A stretch of 63,278 nucleotides of DNA, filler included, from Octopus bimaculoides (lineage: Eukaryota), in assembly GCF_001194135.2 (NCBI RefSeq). It is 5 parts of 5 records of this genome, joined end to end, with 100 filler letters (N's around TTAATTAATTAA, not from the genome) between each part and the next. Parts side by side here need not be neighbours in the genome. Positions count along the whole stretch, not along the records: positions 1 to 29,922 come from NC_069005.1; 4 more parts are not named here. One strand, given 5' to 3'. How positions within the stretch are numbered: the stretch's first letter is position 1; every line of letters starts with the position of its first letter. The notes beneath the pieces were generated by a model, which saw only the letters and a list, made by a program, of their open reading frames with translations, had not been told where the DNA came from and searched no databases. Shown one piece after another: positions 1-13,588 of this stretch. The translations under genes were made by a program, and so were the position numbers.

Positions 1-1036
1 TAGAGATCAGATTGAATCAGTAAATAGTAAGTTATTCATTCATTGATTCCAACAATTACCATTTTACTATTCTTTTGACATTTTAGCTTATGAATAAATT
101 TGTATTGTGCAAAACCTCTTGTGATTTTGACCTGCAGAAGCTCGTTAATGTCAAACCAGATTCATAACATACTGATTAACTCAATACATGGAAAAAAAAT
201 TATTAATCAATGCTTTTGAAAGAAACTCCAGTGACAATTTTTTTTTTTTAATATAATTATTTTAGATTTGCATAGACCTTTGCCTTAATTTGATATTGTT
301 ACTCTTACTACTCCTCCTTTTTATCTTGTTTTATTCTGTATTTGTTTTTTTTGTTTTTTCTGTTTTCAATATTTCAAACACCGTGACAGATCTTCATTAA
401 ACTCTTGTACCTGTTTGAGTTGCTAGACCACTTCTGATCAATTCATATCACATACATCAAAGATCCTGTTAATTGTAAGATTCTGAAGAATTTACTGGTG
501 AAATGCATTGGCAGATATTTTCATTTCTTTTTGGTTTTCAAAATAATTTTAATACTAGAATGCTTCTGTTTAAATAGAAAAGAATTTTTTTTTTATTTTA
601 GATTTTAATAGCTTTTTTTTTTGTTTTTGTTTAAGTAATTTATTAAAGAGATAACTTTTATACAAAAAAAAAAACAAACAAACAAAAAAACTATGTGCAA
701 CTGAAGAGTTTTAAAGAATATTTTGGAGAAAGATTTCTTCAAGTGCTGCTTATTCAGATGTGAATCAAATTGCTGCATGCACCATGATTTGAAGAATATT
801 TTCATGGTGAAGAATTTAGTTCTTGGAGGGCTAAGTAAAAATTTTTCAAGAAAGCTTAAACAAAAGGTTGATGAGCTTAGGTTCTTGAAAAAAATTGGTA
901 AAATTCAAGTAACAATGGAGATGTACTTGCTTAGCAGTGGATTGATCTGATACCATGTGTTAAAATTAAAACAATTACAGCATGGAAAGATCCATTTTAA
1001 CCACTCAAAAACACAAGAACTGCTGATTGTACTTTA

Positions 1037-1967
1037 CCCTTTAGCATTCAAATCACTCTATCAAATGCAATGCTTATTTACTCATGTAGTTTTGAATTAA
1101 CCCTTTCGCATTCAAACTGGCCATATCAGGCCCAAATATTCTGTTTATTTTATTGTTTAAACTGACCAGATCTGGCCTCTTCTCTTTATCCTACAATATC
1201 ACTCTAAAAATATACGATCACATCATGAAAATCTCAGAGCTTACAAGACAGTGCGTAATTAATACGAAACAATATGAATAAGTAAGCATCACATTTGACA
1301 GATTAATCTGAATGCTAAAGGGTTAATCCTGCATTATCTCCTTGTTTCAAGATTTCAATGATGTGATTGTTATTTTTATAATAACATTGTGGGGTAGGTG
1401 TGAGAAGCTGGATATGGCCATTATGAACATAAAACAAGTAGAATATTTAGGATGGATAAGGCTGGTTTAAATGTCTAAAGGGTTAAATGTAAATATGACA
1501 TTTGATAAGAGTAACCTGAATGCTAAAGGGTTAACCCTTTTGAAACCAACCTGCCTAAGACAACCCCTGGGTCTATGAAACAACATCTGGCTTTAACCTT
1601 CTTGATACCAACCTGCTGGAGACTGCCCTTTTCTTTATGAAACAAATTTCCTACTTTAAAGTGATCTAAATTTAAACTTTCCTTTAAAATTTTATGTTAA
1701 TTTATATTTGAAATATCAGTTTAATAAGGACAAGTCATTTTATTAAATTGTTCATCATTTTCAGAATGAATTGAAACAAAAGCAGTGTGTTTCAACTGAA
1801 ATACGGTAACAAACGTGTTTAAGTAATACAAATCAAAACCTTCCATTGAAATTTCCTGTTAATTTACGTTCCTAATACCCACTTAATAACAACAGTTATT
1901 TTACTAATTTCTTCATTATTTTCAAAATGAACCGAGACAAAGACAGAAATGGTAGCGAAAGGGTTAA
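1037..1967. mobile_element. Cluster of nested/adjacent piggyBac-type (TTAA) MITEs
   Basis: Left ends CCCTTT/CCTT at 1037, 1101, 1535 and 1597, and right ends AAAGGG+TTAA at 1322, 1482, 1530 and 1963. Clearest unit: TTAA-CCCTTTCGCATTCA...TGAATGCTAAAGGG-TTAA (1101-1322). Related copies at ~21470-21712, ~27080-27200, ~39520-39732 and ~59190-59375. Confidence 0.75.
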
Positions 1968-2381
1968 AGGTGGAACTCCTCTGATGTTATCTCTTCTTTA
2001 TTTCAAAACAAAAGACAACTATTTGAGTAGCATTTAGAGAAGTGAGAATCCTATAAGTCGTTATTGATTAGAGTAAAGGTAGTTAACGAGATAGTTACTT
2101 TTATTGTGGCAGATTATTATTGTCTGTTTCTTTTGGAACAAAAGTTAAGAATTCGTGTTTTCAGAATTATTTCCCATCAGGTTTTCTGCTTTGAAAAATA
2201 ATAGAGAAGATTATATGATACCATTTTTTTTTTCAGTAAACAGTTTAGAATTCAAGTGGAAATATGAATGGTTCTTAAGACAATTAGTTAATGAGTATCA
2301 GTGTTTCTAAGAATTCTGTTATTTGATTAACCTCTGTTGGAAGTGGAATTGGCAACAAAACACACACACACACACACACGC

Positions 2382-2418
<37 letters not shown>

Positions 2419-2474
2419 AGTTGTCAATGTAAGCACACCAACATCAGTTGTCAAACGATGTTGGGTGGAGGGGA

Positions 2475-2515
<41 letters not shown>

Positions 2516-3014
2516 TATGGGCTTCTTCCAGTTTCCATCTACCAAATCCACTCAATCCACTGGCTCTAGATGAATCAGAGGATCATGTTTTGCTCAGATA
2601 TTCCATTTTTGTCTGAGTTTCTAAGGCTAGATGCTCTTTCTAACTTCAGCAATTTTTTAGATTGTACTGAGGGCATTTTGCTTCAGTGCAAGATGTACAA
2701 CACTATCAGGTCCGCTTGTTCCCATTCATTTGCCAACCACTTTACAGAGTGTGCTGGGTGCAGTTTATTATGGCCCTAGCACTTGAGAGGTTGTTGTGTG
2801 TGTAAACAAGACTGTTGGGTCCTCTTATCTCCATTCATTTGCCAACCGCTGTACAGAGTGTACTGGGTGCAGTTTATTATTATGACACCAGCTTTAGTGA
2901 CGTTATCTTCTACCCTTTAAGACATAGTTTTCACTACACTTACAGCAGTGTGTCTGTTTATTCAAAGCAGCCTGATGAAATGGGCGAATAGCAGAGAGAG
3001 AGAGAGAGAGTAGA

Positions 3015-3116
3015 ATGGCAGAAGATAGCTCAGGACGAGTAAGTGAAGAGAGCAAAAGTACGTTGGTTGAAAGTGATAGGGATGGTTCATTATTCATTAT
3101 CCCTACACATTCGGAG
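3015..3116 (+). CDS. Candidate orphan first coding exon
   Basis: ATG after a (GA)n run, 34 open codons (MAEDSSGRVSEESKSTLVESDRDGSLFIIPTHSE), then GAG|gtacct. No recognised homology. Confidence 0.25.
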
Positions 3117-3651
3117 GTACCTTATCTTTTTTTGCTGTTCATAAAATATTGATGTAGTTCACAATTTATGTTGAACCTGCTCTTTTATCATTTTTAATCT
3201 ACAATGATATAAGCAGACGTGCAGCCTCTCTTTTAGACTTATCTCGTTTTATTCATTTATTTGTATATTGAAAGTAGTTCAGCTTAAAAACTAGGATGTG
3301 AAATGCATCTTTTGTTGCTATTGATGCGTGTGTGTGTGTATGTGTGTGTGGGTGTTGCAGCACATGCTTATGTTGGTATGGGTTCCAAGTGGGGGTTCTG
3401 CAGGGTAACTAATAAGGAGTAGGTGTTTGTTGTTGGTGATATTTAAGAACTCCTTTCTTGATAATCTGTGTCAGCAGATTTTGTTTCTCTCTTTTTCTTT
3501 TTCCTTTTGCAAGATCTGCTGCAGTTTGAATTAAGAATTTTTTTCTCTAGAGAGAAAAAGGAAGAATTCATTTCCTCCTCCTCCTCCTCCTCCTTCTTCT
3601 TCTTCTTCTTTTTCTTCTTCTTCTTCTTCCTCTTCTTCTTCTTATTATTAA

Positions 3652-3862
3652 GGTGGTGAGCTGTCAGAATCATTAGCATGCCAGGCAAAATGCTTAGCAG
3701 TATTTTGTCTGTCTTTCCGCTCTGAGTTCTAATTCTGCTGGGGTCGACTTTGCCTTTCATCCTTTCAGGGTCAATAAACTAAGTACCTGTGAAACACTGG
3801 GGTCGATGTAATCAACTTTCCCCTCCCCCAAAATTTCAGGCCTTGTGCTTTTAGTAGAAAGG
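3652..3862 (+). mobile_element. tRNA-derived SINE, family B
   Basis: Head ggtggtgagctgtcagaatc, B-box-like gagttctaattc, core gactttgcctttcatcctttcagggtcaataaa. More than 10 copies in the window. Confidence 0.85.
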
Positions 3863-3869
3863 ATTATCA

Positions 3870-3903
<34 letters not shown>

Positions 3904-4110
3904 GGCGTTGAGCTGGCTGAATCATTAGCACGCCAAGCAAGACGCTTAGCGGCATTACATCCGTCTTTATGTTCAAATTCTGTCGAGGTCGACTTTAACT
4001 TTTATCCGTTCGGAGCCGGTAAAGTGAATACCAGTTGAACACTGGGGTCGAGTTAATCGACTTAGCCCCATCCCCCAACCCTGCTGGCCTTATACCAAAA
4101 TTTGAAACCA
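3904..4110 (+). mobile_element. tRNA-derived SINE, family B (second of a tandem pair)
   Basis: Same family, with GTTCAAATTC B-box and 3' ccaaaatttgaaacca. Separated from the previous copy by an (ATT)n run. Confidence 0.85.
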
Positions 4111-4248
4111 TTTTTTTTCATTATGTTAGTCTTGTTTACATGCAAAGTTCTCCCAACAACACTCACGCACACACATACACATTATTTGTTTTGACCTGTG
4201 CTGTCCATACTGTTTTTCTTTACATAATCCCTTGTAGTTAATAAAGAA

Positions 4249-4287
<39 letters not shown>

Positions 4288-7200
4288 GTTATTATTATTA
4301 TTATTGGAGGCAATGACCAAGACCTTTGGCCTTACGGAGGAAATGACCAATTCCTTTGGCATTATGTCGTGCTTGAGAAGAAGGCCCATCAAGCTTAGCA
4401 AGATCGCAGTCATGGCAGATACTGGTGTCACGCAAATGGAGCGGTGTCACGCAGTGGGATCGATTCTGAAACTATGTGGTTGCAAAACCAGCTTCTTAAC
4501 CGCTGTAACCTGAGGGAAATCTGGTGCCTGTTTCCAGCAGGTTGAGCAGTTGCATAGAGTATCCTTCGTTGGGGTCAGGCAGTGCATCGAAAATACAGCA
4601 GTGAACTGTATTTCACTAGAGCTCTTGTTCCGGTTGGCTAAACTTGGCCCTAGAGAATTAAATAGCTTTACCAGAGATGCAGTACCATGGTTGTGGTTGG
4701 ATGTGAATTGTTAGTTCTTTATGGACAAGAACCATCTTTGTCATGGCTAGCAGCAATTCTCTGGTGATACACTTTTGCAATTACAGACCACTTACTGTAA
4801 GTTGTTTTAAAGTCAACAAAAGCAATTATTTATTTTGGCAAGACACCATTTATATATCTAGTCCAACCCATGTCATGCAATATGGGTGTTAAATGATAAT
4901 GGTGATACATGTATGTGTGTGTGTGTATATATGTAGATATTGGAAGAGATGAATGCTTAAGAATTTGCTTTGCAAGTCATGTGCTTTCAGCTTCAGTCGT
5001 ATTGCACAGTACCTTAGGCAAGTGACTTCTGCTATAGCCTCAGGCCAGCCAGTTCCTTGTGAGCAAATTTGATACACCCAAACCATACAAAGCTCCTATG
5101 TTTTTTTTGTGTGTGTATGTGTGTGAATATTTACGTTCTACTCTAGCATGAAAAATGAACAAGCTTTAGATATTAATATCTTGTTATTTCCTATCAGCAA
5201 ACCGTTTGCTAGCTCTGTGTTTTTAAAGACAAGTATGGTGAAAGCTCTCTTATTTGAAAAACAGGTTAGGGTTAACAACGCAAAGGGCTTCCAGATGTAA
5301 AAACAGTGCTTCATCAATATGTATTCATATAACCCATGCTAGCATGGTAAAACAGATGTAAAAAGGCATATCTTTTGGCTCTTTATGTTCATGGTTCAAA
5401 TCCCACCAGGGTTGACTTTGCCTTTCATTCTTGCAGGGTTGATAAAATGAAGTACTGGTCAAGTTCTGTGATTGATGTAATTGACTCTCTCATCCTGAGA
5501 TTGCTGGCCTTGTGCCTACAATACAAAGAATTATTGTTTTTGTAGTTATTATTTTTATCATCATCATTATTATTATTATTCTTTTTTTTCTTCCAGACAT
5601 TGGTTGGATCTTAGTATGGTTACAAGCAGCAAGTTTTAGATACCTATTAAAACACCAAGGTAAGAACTGAACTACTTATCCATTCCATTATTTATCCCCG
5701 ACTCGGTACTTACCGCTTTTCTCTAATTCTGAATTAGAATTATTGAGAAGCAGCGACGCTACACAACAATTCAAAATGCTGTAAATAACGAAATTCCTTG
5801 TAGGAAAATAATAATGAATGGAATTTGAGCTCTGCTATTTAAGTATAACCAGCTGCCTTTCATGGCTTGCTAATGTGTCCCATGCTTCTGCTAATTGTTT
5901 CAGGTGCCTGTGTGGCCGCAAACAGACATGGGTCACCCTCTTGTGTGCACACCCCTACTCTCCCATAACTCCAGGAGTTCATTGAAGATGTGATAGCTCG
6001 AAGGCTGGTACCTGAGTTTCTGTTGAGCAGATGAGAGTAGCATGTAAGCTTGTGCTTTGTTTGCTATGTCTAGTCAAGGAATTGAACTCACAGCCTTGTC
6101 ATAGTGAGCTGAACACTCCCTTAACCTAGCGGTTCTCAGCAAAGACACACACACATGTGACATATAAAGTGAAGCTGTGTGGAAGGAAGTTTGCTTCCAA
6201 CCCACATGATTCCAAGTTCAGTGCCACTGCGTAGCACCTTGAGCAAATGTCTTCTATTATAGCCTCAGGAAATCTAAGGTAAGGGCATTAAGCTTTTGGA
6301 AGAAAGCAAGCGAATACATGTGACAACACAGACAAAAAAATGAGAAAACAGAGAAAATGTTACATGATCTCAAATACAAACAAGAATAACATCAGGTGTT
6401 AAAAAAACAAAGCACTCCATCTGGTGAGAGATAAATACTATTTAACAGACGCAATACATGTTTTTATGTGCTACTAATAGTTACACGTGTTGAGAAATAT
6501 CTCAAACATATCAGGTACAATGTCATATGATGTGCTTCATTCAGTTTCCATCAACCAGATCCACTCACAAGGCTTTAATTGGCCTGAAGCTCTAGTAGAA
6601 GATACTTGTCCAAGGTTCTATGCAGTAGAACTGAACCTGGAATCATGTGGTTGGAAAGCAGACTTCTTACCACATAGCCAATGTCATTTGTTCTTCTACA
6701 AAATAGTGAGGTCTGATTTCGTGGGAAGATGTGGCTGCTATTTTTAGCAATGTGTTCAACCACATAGCAGCTCTTTTATTTGCTTAAGTACACTTCAAGT
6801 GAAGCTAAAATTTTAAAAGTCTTTTCTTTATTACATATTTATTTGTATTTATTTATTTTGAGATTTATTTAATGTTTGATTCCACAGATCTTGTTAAATA
6901 TCTAAAACGTTACGGAAAATGCCTTCTTTTACAAATTGTTTTCTCAACTCCAATTTTTCTCATTTATATGCATAGTTTTGAAAATCCAGATTTTGTTCTG
7001 TTGACCTGTTGCCGTTTTCATATTCCGAAATATTTTGAGAAATTTTAAAAAAACAAAACAAGGAACCCCCCCCCCCCAAAAGAAAAACAAAATCAAAACA
7101 CAAACAAAACTCAAACTAAACAAGCTTTATTATCATTTGTTAACATCGCCTTCATCTTTATCACCACTACCCCCCCACCTTCGTCATCGTCATCATCATT

Positions 7201-7929
7201 AACTACCACAGCTTTATAACAGCTATTTGAAATTTTCCATTTGTTATATTGCTGTATAACTTTGTAGATTTTGAACTTTAAAAGAAAATGAATAAATAAA
7301 TATAAATAAAACTGTAACAACAAGAGAAAATGTTTGATTCTTTATTGAATAGCAGAATTTTGTTTGTTTAAAACGAAGAAATGAAGAAACAAATGTAGAA
7401 GAAAACACACAAACTTTGCTGTTTTGTTTGTATTCTTATTCTTCTTTGCAGGATAATAAAGCTGTTTGATTAAACTTCTTTCTTCTTAGATATAATGCAG
7501 AATCTCGTTGGCTTTTTTTTTCTTCTTCCATATTCTTTCTCTTCTTCTCCATGTTTCTAAAGTCTTTCATTTATTCCTAACTTCTTTGTATATTTTGGAA
7601 AATTTCCGTTTGTGCAAGCTTTTGTAATTTGTATTGCAATTTGTGATATTATGTCTGTCCATACCAGCCAGTCTGTAATGTTGCAATGCGAGTCAGTTTC
7701 AGTCTGTAACACTCTGAGTCCATGGTGGGTACGAGTCTAGGCCAATATGCTTGGGTATGTAGGAGTTCATGGCAGTTTGCTATGGTAAAGTTATGACATG
7801 GGTTCATTGAAATTTGTAATTCTCTGGGACAAAAAACAACTTATAATGCTGGATATGAGTCTGTATCAGCAATTTGTAATGCTATGCATGTACGAGTCTA
7901 GCTATCCATCTGGTCAGGCAACATTTTTG

Positions 7930-8130
7930 GGCTCATGTAACTCTTCAGCACCAGATGTTTTGATCTTCCTCACCTTGATATCCAGTATCTTCCATAAGTT
8001 GATCCATATTTGCTTTTCTTGGTCTGCTGATATCTGAATCTCCACCCCTCTTCATGTCATCAGGAAGGGTGGGTTTCCATATAATTCTGTGTCCAGGGTT
8101 TCTGTGCTTTTCCAGTCCTTACTCGGACAT
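7930..8130 (-). mobile_element. RTE-type LINE 3' remnant
   Basis: Minus-strand translation NPGHRIIWKPTLPD...SRPRKANMDQLMEDTG resembles the RTE ORF C-terminus (LWxP...GRPxxTYxDQLxxDTG); degraded. Confidence 0.5.
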
Positions 8131-10215
8131 TTTGTAACTTATAATGATGCAAGTCTAAGGCAATTAGTAATGCTATTTATATGTCTACAACAATTTCTAT
8201 TATGAATCCATGACAAAATATTCTGCTATGTATGACTCCATAGTAATTTGTAATTCTGTGTTTATTTGTTTGGTTATTTACAAAGCTATGGGTCTGTAGC
8301 AAATTCTAAAACCATGTGTGAGTCTCTTGTAATCTATAACACCAAGAGAATCAAAGGGAATTTTGTAATGGAATACATGAGTCCATGGTAATCTTGGTCT
8401 TTCATAGTTTCCTGTCTTTTGTTTATCTTCACATAACCGAAAAGAAAGATCCTGATATCAAAATAGTAAAATATAATAATAATAATAATCTGTTAGTGCC
8501 ATCCTCTGGTCTATTATCTCCCAGAAGATTATATTTTGTGTTATCTAATGTTTGCTGTTGCCAATTGTCATTGATTTCCTGTTTACCAATAATGGAATGT
8601 GACTTTCACTTGGAAGAATTTCTTATTTTCTTCTTTTTGTTTTTTAGTGGTTTCGTTTGTTTGTTTGATTGGTTTCTATAAGTAACTTGTTGATTTGGAA
8701 TCCTTCGAAAAATATGATTCGAGTTTGTTGAATATATATTTTATTGGAAGAAGAAACAAACTCCTGAGAATATTCTTGTGCTCTGTTAGAGTTTTCTTGT
8801 CTTTTAAAAGTTCATTGAATTTTGCTGCAGTAGTGGTGTTGGCAGCGCAGAGAGAGAGAGCGAGAGAGAGATAAATCTTCGTTTGCCTCATGTTATTAAA
8901 TATATTGGGTTTTTAATATCGATTGAGTTTGCTTTAAAAGGACAAGTTTATCACTCTAAATAAACCTTGTTTGAACAAATAAACAAGTTTGTTGTTGTTA
9001 ATTATTTGTTTCTGGTAATATTCACCGAAAACATGTCATTGTTGATAATAATTCAAGTCCATTGATTATTGTTGATCTTGATCTGGGAATTTTAGTTTTA
9101 CAGTTTTATTTATTAGAATAGATTATCTAAAGAATTGTCAGATGTTTCGGTTCTACCACTGTGCCTTCCTTTCTTTCACGGTTATATGTTGGCATCGATT
9201 TGGATTGAAGTTATACAATATGGGTAGTCTTTTTTACATTGATATAGGGGGCCACCGCTTGTCAATGTGTACCATGTATTTGCAGATGTAGGTGCAGGCT
9301 TGGGTGTATGGTTAAGAAGTTTGCTGCCCAACCATGTGGTCTTGGGTTCAGTCCCACTGCACAATGCCTTGCTTAAGTGTTTCCTACTACAGCCCTGGGA
9401 CCACCAGCGCCTTGTGAGATACATTAGACAGATACAGTGCTGGCTTGATTGGGAACTGATATCCAATTGATTGTTTGTGCAAGACATGTCAAATGAGGAA
9501 AGATGTAAACCATTTTGACATTTAACATAGGGAAGGGGCTGTATGGACTCACATGATTTTGTTTTGTAAAATTTTAGCTCATTTTTTTCAAACTATTAAT
9601 TTTAAATTTATTATTTAAAAAAAAAAATAACTTTCATATTTAAAATTAAGAGGAAACGATAGTTAGCTGGGAGGAAATGATAGGGAAGAGGAAAGGGATT
9701 AATTACAGAGGTCATTCAGAAAANNNNNNNNNNNNNNNNNNNNNNNNNNNNNNNNNNNNNNNNNNNNNNNNNNNNNNNNNNNNNNNNNNNNNNNNNNNNN
9801 NNNNNNNNNNNNNNNNNNNNNNNNNNNNNNNNNNNNNNNNNNNNNNNNNNNNNNNNNNNNNNNNNNNNNNNNNNNNNNNNNNNNNNNNNNNNNNNNNNNN
9901 NNNNNNNNNNNNNNNNNNNNNNNNNNNNNNNNNNNNNNNNNNNNNNNNNNNNNNNNNNNNNNNNNNNNNNNNNNNNNNNNNNNNNNNNNNNNNNNNNNNN
10001 NNNNNNNNNNNNNNNNNNNNNNNNNNNNNNNNNNNNNNNNNNNNNNNNNNNNNNNNNNNNNNNNNNNNNNNNNNNNNNNNNNNNNNNNNNNNNNNNNNNN
10101 NNNNNNNNNNNNNNNNNNNNNNNNNNNNNNNNNNNNNNNNNNNNNNNNNNNNNNNNNNNNNNNNNNNNNNNNNNNNNNNNNNNNNNNNNNNNNNNNNNNN
10201 GTGCACCAAGTGAAA

Positions 10216-10479
10216 TAAATAATAAATAAATGCACCCTTTTAAAGCCTAGCCAGGCTCATGGGCCCGGTTTCCCGGTTTCAATGGCGTATATGTTCCCCT
10301 GCTGGACAGGACGCCAGTCCATCGCAGCGTTACTCGTTTTTGCCAGCTGAGTGGACTGGAGCAACGTGAAATGAAGTGTTTTGCTCAAGAACACAACGTG
10401 TTGCCTGGTCCAGAAATCGAAACCACAATCTTACGATCATGATGCTAACACCCTAACCACTAAGCCACGTGCCTCCACA
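10216..10479 (-). mobile_element. tRNA-derived SINE, family E, with 12-bp TSD
   Basis: Minus-strand head ggaggcacgtggcttagtggttaggg, central gttcttgagcaaaacact and gcgatggactggcgtcctgtccag, (TTTA)n tail. TSD caccaagtgaaa at 10204-10215 and 10480-10491. Another copy at ~51118-51353. Confidence 0.85.
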
Positions 10480-12130
10480 CACCAAGTGAAAACTGTTGTT
10501 AACAGCTTGCATGTTTGTTACTCGAGACACCGTTTGTCATACAAGACATTTTACGATCCAAATATTGTTTGTAAACTGATTTATTTGTGATGAGAGGGGT
10601 TTGTAAACTGAGGTTCTTCCGTATATGAAAAGACAGTAAATAAATTCTATTATGATAGAATTTGAGCTCCTTTGAGAAGCTTCAACTTTTGACTCTCTTC
10701 TACTCTGTTATCATAAGAAAAAAAAAAAGAACTTGGCCAGGCATCCTGACTTAACTGACACAAATGCATTAAGTTGAACTTCAACAGATTTTATTTCCTT
10801 CTGAAGTTTTTCTTTAGTTGATAATGTGAATCTGATATGACAACTTGTTTTCTAACTTCAGTTTAAATTCTAATAGTTTATTCAAGTTTGCACTCATCAG
10901 TCTCGTCTATTTACCATCTGTCAGGGCAGCTGAATTTAAAAGATGATAAATGCATCATATTTTGTTGCTGTTGATGGCTTGAAACTTTTCTACCTCTCTT
11001 TCTCATCTCTGAACACTCCAGCTCTCTATGAAATATAAAATGATTTTTTTTTTTTTTTTTTGATATCTCTTATGTAAAATTGGATTTTAAAACCAAGATA
11101 AAAAAACAATGATAAAAAACAATAGTGTGTGGTCCTTACGTTCATATCTCTTTTTATCTGTTTGAGATACATGCACCTCTCAATACATTTTAACTTACAC
11201 ATCTATCTTTTGTTTGTTGGAACATGTTGCATCATGTTGGTGGGTTTTTTTTCTTTTTCTTCTTCTTTTATATCAAATACTTTTTGATGCATTGCACAGT
11301 GACTGATTCTCAGCAAGCTACAAGTTTTGGTTTTGCAGTTGATGAGACATTTGGGAACTATTACTATCTCTACTTATNNNNNNNNNNNNNNNNNNNNNNN
11401 NNNNNNNNNNNNNNNNNNNNNNNNNNNNNNNNNNNNNNNNNNNNNNNNNNNNNNNNNNNNNNNNNNNNNNNNNNNNNNNNNNNNNNNNNNNNNNNNNNNN
11501 NNNNNNNNNNNNNNNNNNNNNNNNNNNNNNNNNNNNNNNNNNNNNNNNNNNNNNNNNNNNNNNNNNNNNNNNNNNNNNNNNNNNNNNNNNNNNNNNNNNN
11601 NNNNNNNNNNNNNNNNNNNNNNNNNNNNNNNNNNNNNNNNNNNNNNNNNNNNNNNNNNNNNNNNNNNNNNNNNNNNNNNNNNNNNNNNNNNNNNNNNNNN
11701 NNNNNNNTATATATATACACACACACACACATATTGTTTGACTGAAACCCTACAAGGTGGTGCTCCAGCATGGCCATAGTCAAATTACTGGAACAAATAA
11801 AAAGAAAAAGAATACACACACACACACACACATATATATATATTCCTTTCAATGAATCAAATGTGTCTTTCGATTCATTGGAAAGAAAGAAAAATGGCTA
11901 TCGGAGCAATTACATTGTAAGCGAAGTGTCTTGATGGCCATTTAAAGCACATATTCTGTTGTTAGACTGAGTTTCATTTAAATGTTTCTGCAGCATTGTC
12001 AAAATCTATAACCTAGTTTCTGACTTCAAACTGATGTACTGTGGAATTGTGTTAGTGAGCAGGTGGTAGATGTAGGTTTGAATCATTTTGACACTCTATA
12101 GTCTATACAAATACTATTGAAATAGAGAAC

Positions 12131-12164
<34 letters not shown>

Positions 12165-13197
12165 TGAGGACTTATATGACGGTTCCACGGATATAACTAT
12201 TTCAGATTCAATACTTAATCCTTCTCAGATCAAGTCACCTAACCTGGCACATACAACTCTGATATTATTATTATTATTATTATTAAGTTGGTGAGCTGGC
12301 TGAATCGTTAGCACGCTGGGCGAAATGCTTAGTAGTATTTCGTTCAAATTCCGCTGAGGTTGACTTTGCCTTTCATCCTTTTGGGGGTCGATAAATTAAG
12401 TACCAGTGAAACACTGGAGTTGATGTCATCAACTATTCCCAAGGTGCTGTGCGATGGGACTGAACCCCAAACCACATGGTTGCAAAGCAAGCTTCATAAC
12501 TACACAGCCATACTTAGTTCTCAGCCCTGGAAGCACAAAATGCTTAAGCTATCTCTGTAAAATTTGAGCTCAGTGAAACTGCGTCAACTAAACATCATAG
12601 ATCATTCTGTCCAGTACTTGACCAATTCTCATACCAATCTACTAACCCTTCGCATTATCTCACTCGACTGACAATCCATTCAATGACTCACCCACACCAA
12701 CTCCCCCTCAACACCAGCATGTGACACCAAAGTATTTCAGGCAAATCTATGACAATATGTTCATTCATCTGATTGTCATTGGCCGTACACTTTACCATTT
12801 TTATTGATAATGAAAATGAAACGCCAGCTACACTGATATCCTTTTAGAACTATGACAAAGCGTGTGTGTTTGTGAGTGGTTAGGGTTAGAGTTGTGATTA
12901 TATTTTTTTAAGCTATAACTTGACACCTAAATCATTTCTGCTCTGCACTACTTTATTTGATAGCTATAATCACTAATTGCTATTAAATTGTGAGGTCAAG
13001 GACAGTGTTATATAAAACGGCTTGCTGATTTAATCTATTCTGTCTTTCGCCGCTGTTATTAATCATTTGTTACCAAATGCAAGGCTTGTATTTTGTTTTA
13101 TTTTATTTCATTTTACTCTGCAGCTTACGTAAACTTTATTTTAAAAACTGTAGATTTTTTAAATCTGATTGTTTTAATTCCAATATCTATTACATAA

Positions 13198-13588
13198 TGT
13201 TGTTGTTGTTGGCACTCCGTCGCTTACGACGTCGATGGTTCCAGTTGATCCGATCAACGGAACAGCCTGCTGGTGAAATTAACGTGCAAGTGGCTGAGCA
13301 CTCCACAGACACGTGTACCCTTAACGTAGTTCTCGGGGATATTCAGCATGACACAGAGTGACAAGGCTGACCCTTTGAATTACAGGCACAACAGAAACAG
13401 GAAGTAAGAGTGAGAGAAAGTTGTGGTGGAAGAGTAGAGCAGGGTTCGCCACCATCCCCTGCCGGAGCCTCGTGGAGCTTTTAGAGGTTTTCGCTCAATA
13501 AACACTCACAACGCCCGGTCTGGGAATCGAAACCGCGATCCTATGACCGCGAGTCCGCTGCCCTAACCACTGGGCCATTGCGCCTCCA
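13198..13588 (-). mobile_element. tRNA-derived SINE, family C (~390 bp)
   Basis: Head ggaggcgcaatggcccagtggttagggcagcggactcgcggtcataggatcgcggtttcgattccc (tRNA A/B boxes) and (CAA)n tail. Near-identical copy at 41673-42052. Confidence 0.9.

Noticed and set aside
13500-13588. tRNA-like sequence (also 41673-41745 and other SINE heads)
   Set aside because: A/B boxes are present, but the sequence runs on into SINE body in multiple copies and I could not build a complete cloverleaf; these are SINE heads, not tRNA genes.
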